Shown here one piece after another: positions 13,903 to 26,055 of a DNA stretch of 64,000 nucleotides. Location of the stretch: assembly GCA_951406725.2 (NCBI GenBank), contig OX597828.1:38564001-38628000 (forward strand), given 5' to 3'. This DNA comes from Octopus vulgaris. Its lineage: Eukaryota. Below the pieces are notes generated by a model, which worked only from the letters and a program-made list of their open reading frames with translations, ran no database searches and was not told where the DNA came from. Made by a program: the position numbers and the translations under genes. The stretch's first letter is position 1. Every line of letters starts with the position of its first letter.

Positions 13903-16900
13903 TTATGTATCTGTGTTTGTCCTCCCAGCATTCCTTGACAACCGATAGTTGGTGTGTTTACATCCCCGTAACTTAGCGGTTCAGCAAAAGAAACCAATAG
14001 AACAAGTACTACAAAGAATAAGTCCTGATCTCGATTTGTTTGACTAAAGGCAGTACTCCAGCATGGCCATAGTCAAATGACTGAGACAAAAAAAAAAGAA
14101 AGAAAGAACACCTTTTGCCCCCTTTTCATTTTGTTTATTGATTTCGTTTCTTTTTAAGGAACTGTGGAGAAATGGGACCAACTTTTTCTCGACACTATGC
14201 AACTGGTCCAACATGTCGTACAAACCCTTCAATTTTGTATGCCTGGGCAATGGATGCACCTAGTCTAAAACTTCCCAAAGGTAAGTTGCATGCATTTATA
14301 TATGTTTGTATATGTGTGTATTCTCTCTACACTCTGTGTTTACTTATAAATATGTGTGTAAATATGTGTGTGTGTGTGTGTGTTTGTGTGTGTGTGAAGG
14401 AGTGTTATTCTGATTTTAAGAAGGATTGTCGATGTTGTTGTTGTGGTGATTATTATGTAGCGTTATGTCAGTAGACCTGGTTGACAGAAACTGAAAGATG
14501 CCCGTCATATACATGTATATATATATATATGTTTGTGTGTGTGACATGATTTGGCTGTTGTGAGATCAAATTAAGTAATACTATATACATATTATATCCA
14601 CTATATTACCTAATCTATAAGTGGCAATTTTTTTTTCTTATTTATGAAAACTTAGGTTGTAAAAAATGACATTTTCCCAAAATGACATATAGTTGACCAA
14701 GAAGAAAATTGCCAACGATTCACATGTGGTTACATTTTGAAAATATATATATATATATATGTATATGTTGCATGTACCAACAGATAAATGACTACTACTG
14801 TTATGCTGTTTAGAGTACCACATAGTATAGTGGTTAAGTAACAATCAATGATGTTAATGACTCACAACCCCGTTTGTCACCTCTTACACCCCTCTCCCTC
14901 TCATTTGCTGTTGTTCCCACCCTGCATTCCTGTCTTTCTCTCCTTCCTTCTCCATTTATTTGTTTATTTTTTTCTTTTCACTTAAATTACCAGGGTGTTA
15001 TATATTTTTATATTTTTTGTTTATCCCTTTTATGTTTGTCCAAATTACATTCTCGTTTCACTCTTCCTTTCTTTTTCCTTTCTTCCCCCCTTCCTACTTT
15101 CTTCTCCAATTCTTCCTCTCTTCTTTTTCCTATCTCTTTTTCCTCTATTTGTGTTCTGTCTTTCTTTCACTCTTCCCCCTTCTCTCTTTCTTTTTTTTAG
15201 TTAATATTTTTCCTTTCTCTGCCACTTAATTTCCTTCTAGTTCTCTTTCAAAATACTTATAAAATACCTTGCCATCTCCCTGACTCTTCACATTAATTCT
15301 TTGTAATTTAATGCAATGGAATGTTCCATGATGACCCATTCTGATTAAGCATCCAAATGCTCTTAGAACATCCATTGCAGGGCTCCAAGAGACAATAATG
15401 GTGAAACATACATAGGAATTAATAATAGAAACTTGTGTTTATCGTAATTTCTCATACACACATCATCATCATCATCATCATCATACTCATCAATTAACGT
15501 CCATTTTCTATGCTGGCATGGGTTGGACGGTCTGACTGAAAACTGGTCAGCTGGGGAGCTGTGCCAGGTTCCAATCTGATTTGGCATGGTTTCTAAAGCT
15601 GGATGCACTTCCTAATGCCAATCACTCCAAGAGTGTAGTGGGTGCTTTTTACGTGCCACTGGCATGAGTGCCAGTTACGTAACACTAGCTTCAGTCATGT
15701 CTATAATCTCACATCATCATCATTTAATGTTTTCCGTGCTGGCATGGGTTGGACAGTTTGACAGGAGCTGGCCAACCGAAGAGCTGCCCAGACTCCTGTC
15801 GTCTGTCTTGGCATGGTTTCTACAGCTGAATGCCCTTCCTAGTGCCAACTACTTTACAGAGTGTACTGGGTGCTTTTATGCAACACCAGCATGGATGCTT
15901 TTACATGACACCTACACAGGTGTGTTTTACATGACAGGGGCACCCGTGAGCCTGCAAGATTAGGATCACTCAGTTGTAGAGGGATGCAGGGGACATGCTT
16001 TTATGCAAGGACAACAATAATTTTACTTAGCTTGATGTGTATTTTTAAGCACAGCAAGCTACCAGAATTCTCAGTCCCTGGGTATCTCCTCTGTGAGGCC
16101 CAGCATCTGCAGATCTTTTCTCACAACTTCATCCTACATCTTCCTGGGTCTACCCCTTCCACATCTTACCCCTACAATTAGAGATTGGCACCTCTTGATG
16201 CAACTGTCTTCTTTCATACACATTCCATGGCCATACCAGCACAGTCTTCTCTCTTGCACACTACATCTGATGCTATGTATACCCAGTTTTTTTCTCAAAT
16301 CACACCCTGTTGTATATGCACTCTGACATTACCCATCCAGTGTGCATATATATATTATATATTATCATCATCATCATTTAACATCTGCTTTCCATGCTGG
16401 CATGGGTTGGACGGTTTGATTGAGGACTGGCAAGCCTGGTAGCCTCCTGCCTTGCCAGTCCTCAGTCAAACCGTCCAACCCATGCCAGTATGGAAAGTGA
16501 ATGTTAAACGATGACAATGATGATGATGATATATATATCTTGGGTCATCCCATAAATAATATGATTTTTTCAACTGCATGAACTAATAGTTGAAGGGGAT
16601 GGGATAAACTACCAGCATCAACTTTCTATAAAGGTAGGCAGTAATTTTACCATGTACTTATTCTTAGTGTAAGTTTTGACGGGTGCAGTTCGATTTTAAC
16701 AGTTATATTTTCAAAGCTATGATGGAAGTGACAAAGGAGCATATTCAGAACATTTTGCTTTATGAGTTCAGTAAAGGCAGCAACACAACAGAAAGTACAA
16801 GGAATATTAATGCGGCAGTTTATGGGGATTGGACAATAGGCATAAGACAGTGTCAACAGTGGTTCTAGAAATTCTAAGCTGAAAACTATAGCCTAGAAGA

Positions 16901-18060
16901 TGAGCCTCGACCTGGAATTCTGTAGAGCTCAACGAGGACATCCTGAAAACCCTGGTGGAGCAAAATCTCATTGTAACTGTTGAGGAACTAACAGAGAAGC
17001 TTGGATTTGGTCATTCTACCATACATCAAAACCTGTGTGCCATTGGAAAAGTCAGCAAATCGAGTCAATGTGTTCCTCACAAACTTTCCAAGTCTAATCA
17101 CATGCAGTGAGTGAATGTGTGCTCTTCTTTGCTGTCATGTCTCGTGAATGAACCTTTTTGAACTGACTAGTGACTGGTGACAATAAATGGGTTCTCTATA
17201 AACATGTCAAGCACCAAAGACAGTGGGTAATGAAAGGAGAAACACCAACATCCCAAGCTAAAGAAGGTCATCACCCTCTAAACACTTTGCAATATTTGTT
17301 TTTGAAAGTAGTGGTTTTCTGATTCCAGCCCTCCCATGAAATCTGACTTTGTGCAACTCCTGGCAAACCGTTTTTTGTTGAAACTGGGTTCTTGAAGTGG
17401 TCATTAAGCTCTGCAGTAATTTTGGGAGCTGTACTTTTGTGATCCTTTCTAACAATTCACATAAGAGTCCGACAGTCCCTATCTGAAAGTTTTGGTTTTC
17501 TTCCAGAGTTTTGTTTTGATGAGGAGGTTTTTCCCTCTTTCTCAAAGGCTGTCATTACTTTCAAGACAGTACTTCTTGATACACCAAACATTTTGGCTGT
17601 TTATGTTACACTAGCACCTGCCATACAAGCACCAACAATTTAACCTCTTTGAAAATCCAATAGATCTGTCGTTTTAATGAATTTTAATTACCTTTTTCTG
17701 ATGATATCTGAAAAGAAACAGCAATTTTAGCAAAACATATTAAGCAACACTAATAATAAATCAAAAAACATAAAAATAAACAAGCTTTTGATACTTTTAT
17801 AAGTATTTCAAAATTATGATGCTATGATGCTAGGTGCTTCCATTATTTTGTCCAACCCCTGTATATACAACACATGTACTCTTATATAACATTTACTAAT
17901 AAGGTGGTGCTAATAATGTTGAAATGTCCTGAACAAGAAGGTGTTCAAAACTTATCTATATTAGAGACTCTCTATTTAACTGTTTTTCTTTTTCTTATAT
18001 CAAAGTGTATATTTGTACAGAATAGTTTTGACAGATTTCTTTTTGATTTTTTTTTTCTTT

Positions 18061-18094
<34 letters not shown>

Positions 18095-18603
18095 TGTGTG
18101 CGTGTGAAGTGAGTGTCTGTTATGTTGTCTCTTTTGTTTATCAGTCAGTAAATACCTAGATAGTCACGATTTGAAGTGCGGTGGTGGTTTTTCCGTTGTA
18201 TATTTTAAACAAAGGCAAACAAAATACATCTCCTTCATTTCTTGCCTCACCTTGATACTAATAGGAAAAGTATGTTATCAAATGGGGTCCCACTGCAATC
18301 AATACTACTATTACTACTTCTACTACTACTGCTGCTGTTACTACTACTACTACTACTACTAATAATAATAATAATGATAATAATAATAATTATAATCCTT
18401 TCTGCTATAGGCACAAGGTGGGAAATTTGGGGAAGGGGATAGTCGATTACATTGACCCCAATACACAACTGGTACTTATTCTATCAACCCCAAAAGGATG
18501 AAAGGTAAAGTTGACCTTGGTGGAATTTGAACTCAGAATGTAAAGTCAGACAAAATGCCACTAAGCATTTTACCCAGTTTGCTAACAATTCTGCCACCTT
18601 AAT

Positions 18604-18659
<56 letters not shown>

Positions 18660-20052
18660 TGATGATGATGATGATGATGATGATAATAATAATGATAATC
18701 CTTTCTACTAAAGGCACAATTGAAATTTTGGGGGAGGGGTTAATCGATTACATCAACCCCAGAATTTCACTGGTACTTATTTTATCAACCTCAAAAGGAT
18801 GAGAAAAAACAAGTTGACCTTGGTGGAATTTGAACTCAGAACATAAAAACCGACAAAATACCGCCAAGCATTTCACCCGGCGTGCTAACATTTCTGCCAG
18901 CTCCCCCCGCCTTCATAACTAATGTATATTCCAAGCTAAGGTAGTGAGCAGGCAGAATCGTTGCAGTGCCAAAGAAAATGCTTAGTGGCATTTCTTCTGA
19001 CTTTACATTCTGATTTCAAATGCCACAAGTGTCGACTTTGCCTTTCATCTTTTCAGGGTTGATAAAACAAATAATACCAGTTAAGCACTGGGGTGGCAAT
19101 GTATTCAGCTCCCCTACTTCCCATGAAACTTCTGGCCGTGCATCTAAATTTGAAACCGCTTTAGTCTATATTAGGTATGGTGAAGGTTTATTGAGAAGCA
19201 GGCCGCATGAGGCATGAGGCTGGCCACACCATTAAAAACATTCAAGGTAATTGTTTTTGTTAGGCATATACGTAGCTTATGACTGGTTTATATTGAAGGC
19301 ATTAGCTCTGATCCTTTTACAAAGCTCCTGAGACTGATGAGAAAGAGAGTGTGAGGGAAGTAGGAAGATAACCTCACATCAGAAACCTGGACTGCATGCT
19401 TGAAACAGGGTGAATTTTACTAAAGGCACCCAAACACCAGTTTACAAGCCATATCAGTAGGCCATAGCAGAAATTAAACTCTGAACACAAAGAGCTAATA
19501 AAAACAGTATGAGGACTTATTACAATTTGTCATTTTACTATCAAATAAACACTTAATATTCTTTTCTACTCTAGGTACAAGGCTTGAAATTTAGCTGGTT
19601 ATACTAAGTAACATAACTTAATACTCCACGTTGTTTTACATAACAGATTGGTGTATTAAATTGTATAGGTTACGTTAGCCATTTCCAATAATGCTAGCAG
19701 ATACACACTAGATATATTCAGAGAAGACATGTTCCACTTCTACAACACTTCAAGGCTAAAATCACCATAGCCACAAACTTTATTGTTATTAATTCTTTAG
19801 ATTTAACCTTCACACTAATCTGTACAAATCATACAGGGTGTTCAAAAAGCCTCTCCACAGTGAATTTTTTTCTCCATAGGCGCAGGAATGGCTCTGTGGT
19901 AAGTAGCTTGCTTACCAGTCACATTGTTCCGGGTTCAGTCCCTCTGCATTGCACCTTGGGCAAGTGTCTTCTACTATAGCCTCGGGCCAACCAAAGCCTT
20001 GTGAGTGGATTTGGTTGACGGAAACTGAAAGAAGTCTGTCGTATATATGTAT

Positions 20053-20108
<56 letters not shown>

Positions 20109-20577
20109 ATATATGTTTGTGTCTGTGTTTGTCCCCCCAACATCGCTCACCAACCGATGCTGGTGTGTTTACGTCCCCGTAACTTAGCGGTTTGGCAAAA
20201 GAGACCAATAGAATAAGTACTAGGCTTACAAAGAATAAGTCCTGGGATCGATTTGCTCAACTAAAGGTGGTGCTCCAGCATGGCCACAGTCACATGATTG
20301 AAACAAGTAAAAGAGTAGAAGAGTAAAAGTGTCTCCTTTGATGAGCCACTAAGTTACAGGACTGTAATCAAAATGCTTAAGAGCATTTCTCCTGACTCAC
20401 TACATTCTGAGATCAAATCCTGCTGTGGTCAGCTTTACTTTTCATTCTTTTGGGGTCAACAAAATAAAAAATACTGGAATTAAGTTTATTGCCAAAATTA
20501 TGTTTCTGGCATTCAGCTTTGAAGTCAATATTTTTTTCACTCACCGCAGGTGCTCTCTTTTTGTCTTTTCAAGATGA

Positions 20578-20608
<31 letters not shown>

Positions 20609-20858
20609 CTTTATTGTTGTTGTTATCCTGTAATACTTTTGCCTTTGTTAAAATTTTTTATTGTTACTATTTCTTCCCAGCAGTAATCCATAAGATCTGC
20701 TTGACCTAAATTATTGCTTTTTTAGATAGTTATATTAAGACCCTGACATATCATTCAAACCATCATAAATTCACATACACACACACACGTGTGTGTGTAA
20801 TACATATATGCATACATATAACTATATATGTATGTATATATGTATGCATGTATGTATG

Positions 20859-20892
<34 letters not shown>

Positions 20893-22129
20893 TACATACA
20901 TACAGGGTGCAGTGAATATATTGTCATCTAAATTACTCAAAAATGAATATAACACTGACATCTCATTTTAACAGATATATTTACCAAAATTACATAAAAA
21001 TATCTTGAAATACTAAAGAGTAAATTTATTCAATAAAATCACCATTGGCTTCAACCACGACCTCCAGACGACTTCAGAATATCCTGCAGCCCTTCTAGAC
21101 ACTCTCCTTGTTTAAGGTGGTGAATCCTTGCCTTCAATTTATCTTTGATGTTACAAGGAGTTTTGTTGGTTTCTCACTCAACTACATCCCAAACATAATA
21201 ATCAAGGGAGTTACAGTCTGGGGTGTCACGTGGCCAGGGGTTGTGTGATCACAGAAATTGTCTGACAGCCATGACGGGTTCTCCTGGTTGTGTGGTATGG
21301 TGCAGAGTTCTGTTACCAGACATAGGGTCTTCCAGCAGCCACACTCTTCACCCAGAGCAGCACTACCTCCTCCAGGCACTTGCTGTAGGCCTCCTTGTTG
21401 AGTGTGGGGCCATGCGGGAAGATGAATGCAGGCATAATGTCACCATCACTACTGATCATTCCAAACTCCATGATGTTGACTGGATGTTTAATTTTTATCA
21501 CTCTCGGTACATTTTGGGGATGCAGCAAGCCAACTGTTGTCCTGTGTATTCACCATCTGATCCTGGCAGAAATTTTTCTCATCAGAGTAAAGCCAAAGCA
21601 TGTTCAGTTGAAAGGGATGCTTGAGTTTGTTCAAAAGCTTTGTTGCACAGTCTTTCCTCTTGTCCTTTATAAAAATTGGCCCTTTCTCATTTTGTATGAG
21701 GAATACCGAATGTCTTCATGCACTACCTGCCTGATAAGAAACTCAGACACACCCATGTCCCTGGTGATGAACCTGATTGACTTGGAGTTCAGGAGTTCTT
21801 TTCTTATCAGAACAATCAGAGTGAGTTTGCCAAGCTGCTGTACCTTCGTAATCACCATTAGACTCATCCAATTCTTTCCGAATCATCTGCACTGTCCTCA
21901 GATTAACACCCATGTGTTCATATTGTTCCAATGTTCATATTGGAACTTCTGGTTCAAATACTGAGCAGTACAGCATGCCATTTCCAAATTTCTGGTAGAG
22001 TAAATTGTGTCATGGTATTAGTTTTCTCACAGACGGTGCCCAACTGACCCTACTATACTGTGTAGTCAGTAAAATTTAAAAAAGACAATGTGCATATGTG
22101 AAATAAAAAATATAAAATGGTGACAATTT

Positions 22130-22202
<73 letters not shown>

Positions 22203-22358
22203 GTATATATATGTATGTATGTATATATATGTATATATATATATATGTGAGTATACATACATACATACATATATATATAGGTGTATAAATATATATATAT
22301 ATATATATATACATATATATGTATGTATGTATATATGTGTGTGTGTATACATACATAG

Positions 22359-22403
<45 letters not shown>

Positions 22404-23300
22404 TATGTATGTATGTATATATGTGTGTGTGTATACATACATAGATAAATTTGAGCTAATCCACTTTGGAAAAGAGGATGCCCTGAAACTCCCATACTCC
22501 CTTCCTTCAGGTGAAACTCTCGCGGCGTCCAACAACATCAGAGACTTGGGAGTAATTGTGGACAACAACGTAAGCTGGGCCACTCATATAAACACCAAAG
22601 TTGACATGGCCCGCAGAATGTGTTCCTGGATTCTCAGAACTTTCCAGTCGAGAGATATCCACACCATTATCCTTCTCTTCTCCACTTTTGCCCGACCCCA
22701 CCTTGAATACTGTTGTCCACTGTGGTCTCCCCACACAATACAAGGTATCATAAAAGTTGAAGCACCTCAAAGGGCAATCACAAAAAAGATAGATGGCATG
22801 ACAGGCCTCGACTATTGGGGTCGACTAGAAAAGCTAAAACTCTATTCTCTCCAACGTCGTCGTGAGCGCTACATCATCTGCATGATGTGGAAAATATTCC
22901 ATCAGCATTGCCCAAATGATGTTGGCATCACCTTTAAGGTACATCCAAGGCTTGGGCCCCGTGCCATCCGCCCAAAACAAAAATTGCACTCTCATCTCAT
23001 AACAACAATACGGCACAATTATTTCACCTCAATTGGCCCCGCTCTCTTTAACATTACACCAAAACACATTAAAACAGAAACTGACCCTATAGGGTTCAAG
23101 AAGTCTTTGGACAGATTCCTTCAAGAAATCCCGGATAAACCCCCTACACCCGGATATGTCTCTGTAAACAATAACTCTCTACTTGAGTGGGCCATAGTGC
23201 CCAAATTCTGACTTGAAAGACTTCACCAGGTGGTGCTATTAAGTTAGACATGGCCTGGGCCAATAATGGCCGAAACCTATCAAAGTATCAAAGTATCAAA

Positions 23301-23337
<37 letters not shown>

Positions 23338-25219
23338 TACATATGTGTTGCTTTGTTTTTATAATTTTTGCATTTTAATTTTGGGGTTTTTTAGTAATTT
23401 TTTCTTGCAAGAATCTTTACCACAATGATTGCTAATGGTTTATCCATTTCTTTCTCTGTTTCTTTCTTTTTTAAAAAAAATTTTCAGATGTTGGATTCAA
23501 AGTCGGTGGCAATTCCGACGTGCAATATCTTGTCCTGCAAATTCACTATAAGAATGTGGATAAATTCCTCCCACCAAGTGAGTATATTTCTTTCTAAGCA
23601 ATTTATTTGTGTGTGTGTGTGTGTTTATTTGAAAGTGCAAAGGAATAGACTGCCAGTAACTTTTTGGCATATCATCATCATCATCATCATCATCTTCTTC
23701 TTCTTCTTCTTCTTCTTCTTCTTCTTCTTCTTCATCATCATCATCATTATTGTCAACACTGCCTCCATTATCATCATCATCACATCACCACCACCACCAC
23801 AACCACCAACACCACTATCGACATCATCGTTGTCATCCTCTTCTTCTTCTTCTTCTTCTTCGTCTTCTTCTTCTTCTTCTTCATCATCTTCATCTTCTTC
23901 TTCTTCTTCATCATCATCTTCTTCTTCTTCTTCTTCTTCTTCTTCTTCTTCTTCATCATCATCATCATTATTGGCACCACTGCCACCATTACCATCATCA
24001 TCACGTCACCACCACCACCACAACCACCAACACCACTATCGACATCATCATTGTCATACTCATCTTCATCACCATCATGACCATCACCACCAACAGCACT
24101 ACCAACACCACCACCACCACCACCATCATCAGTATCATCATCCCATCACCAACACCAATATTACTATCCTCATCAACTTCATCATCATCATCATCATCAA
24201 CAGCAGCAGCAGCAGAAACAGCAGCAGAAACAGCAGCAGAAACAGCAACATCACCATCATTACGTGCCACATTCTTGCCAGGGTATCCTTGATCACGTTC
24301 TTCCACTGAGACAGAGTGGAAGCAGAGAAAAGGAATCCTATGAGTCTTTGCACATTTCAGTCATTATTGAGAGAGAGAGAGAGAGAGAGATGGGTGGGTA
24401 TAGGTTCTAGTACTTGTATGGTACTTTATTTTATTAACCCTATCGAGAATAAAGTGGAGGCACGTGGCCTAATGGTTAGGGAGTCAGTATCATGATCGTA
24501 AGATTGTGGTTTTGATTCCTGGATTGGGTGACACGTCGTGTTCTTGAGCAAAACACTTCATTTCACGTTGCTCCAGTCCACTCAGCTGGCAACAATGAGT
24601 AACTCTGCAATGGACTGGTATCCCATCCAGCTGGGGAACACATATGCCATTGAAACCAGGAAACTGGGCCCATGAGCCTGGCTAGGCTTTAAAAAAGGGC
24701 ACATATTTTTTTTTTTTTATGGAGAATAACAGCAAAGCTGTTTTTGTAATTCTTACAGGATTTACTGTATTTTAATGTATATAAGGAACTCTTTTTTGTC
24801 AAAAATTAGGTTAAAAAAATATGGGAGCTTTTTATACATGGATAGAATTATAATCCCTTACAAAACCTTTTTTCCAAATTGTAAGCCCAAAATATTAAGG
24901 AGTTCCTTATACATGAGTGTCACGTTAAAATACGGAAAACCTAGAATGCAAAAATCCAGAATGAATACCACAAGGCATTTTGTCAGACACTCTAAGGGCT
25001 TCTGCCCATCAATGGTATGATGATGTGATCATCATCAACTATTTTGTAAGGCCTAGCTGTGTGGTTTAGAAGTTCGCTTTGCAACATTGAGGTTTTATGT
25101 TCAATCCCACTGTACAGCAAGTCAGGGAAAATATTTTTTACTTCATCCTTAAGACAACCAGTGTCTTGTGAGTGAATTTGACAGACAGAAACTGTGTGGA
25201 AGCCTATGGCTTTTACACC

Positions 25220-25261
<42 letters not shown>

Positions 25262-26013
25262 TGTATATAATAATGAAAGAAAAGAACTCCTTTATTACAT
25301 CCGTAACACATGTTTCAGTATTTGGTAACAAATGATGTCACATTATAAATGCAATCCATTGATGAACCTTATAAGTGTAGCCTACATAATCAAGCCTGGA
25401 AACTTCCTCAGAGAGATGACATTTAAAAGCTGAAACCGGAATGGTATAATTGTCACTCGCTGAGAAGTCCATTCCTAATGGAGCAGAAGTCAAATATTTT
25501 TGCCCAAAATTTACATTTTAAAAAAGAGAGGTCAACTTATACACTGAGACAACTTTGGAGGACCAAAACTGTCAGATGAAATGCAGCAAGATTTGGTAAA
25601 ATAGTGATGTCATCTGAATGCTTAGACAGCATGTTTTTACTGTATACAACATTGGTTTGCATGCCAGAAGATATTATGTTGTAGATAAAGTAGATTATCA
25701 TTGTTAATAATAAAGAAGATTATAATCATTGTTACATTCACCACAGCTCAAGAAAATACTACAACAATGGGATTTATTTGTTCAAAAAGGGTTTATTTCT
25801 TTCTCTTGTAGAAAATGAAACCGATTCATCAGGATTGACACTCACTGTTACAGATGGACCGTAAGTATTCGTTCGATAATTCTCAGTCCTCACCCACAAA
25901 CTCTTTGCAAAGTTAAGACAATGCTTATTATCCTGAAATAATTTCTATTTTTCATTTTTATTCATTTTATTATATTTTTATATTTTATTGTCTAAAATTT
26001 TTCCCTGATATAA

Positions 26014-26055
<42 letters not shown>

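Noticed and set aside
17695-17720. CTGATGA..GAAA (also at ~19334)
   Set aside because: No stem II, stem III or cleavage triplet; the first lies within the Tc1 relic
19879-19950. tRNA-like A/B boxes
   Set aside because: SINE heads with no complete cloverleaf; not tRNA genes
22117-22441. N-terminal part of the 364-aa ORF
   Set aside because: Microsatellite in frame with the LINE fragment by chance
23425-24309. 294-aa ORF with poly-S/H/F
   Set aside because: Trinucleotide array; the real PHM exon here is in another frame
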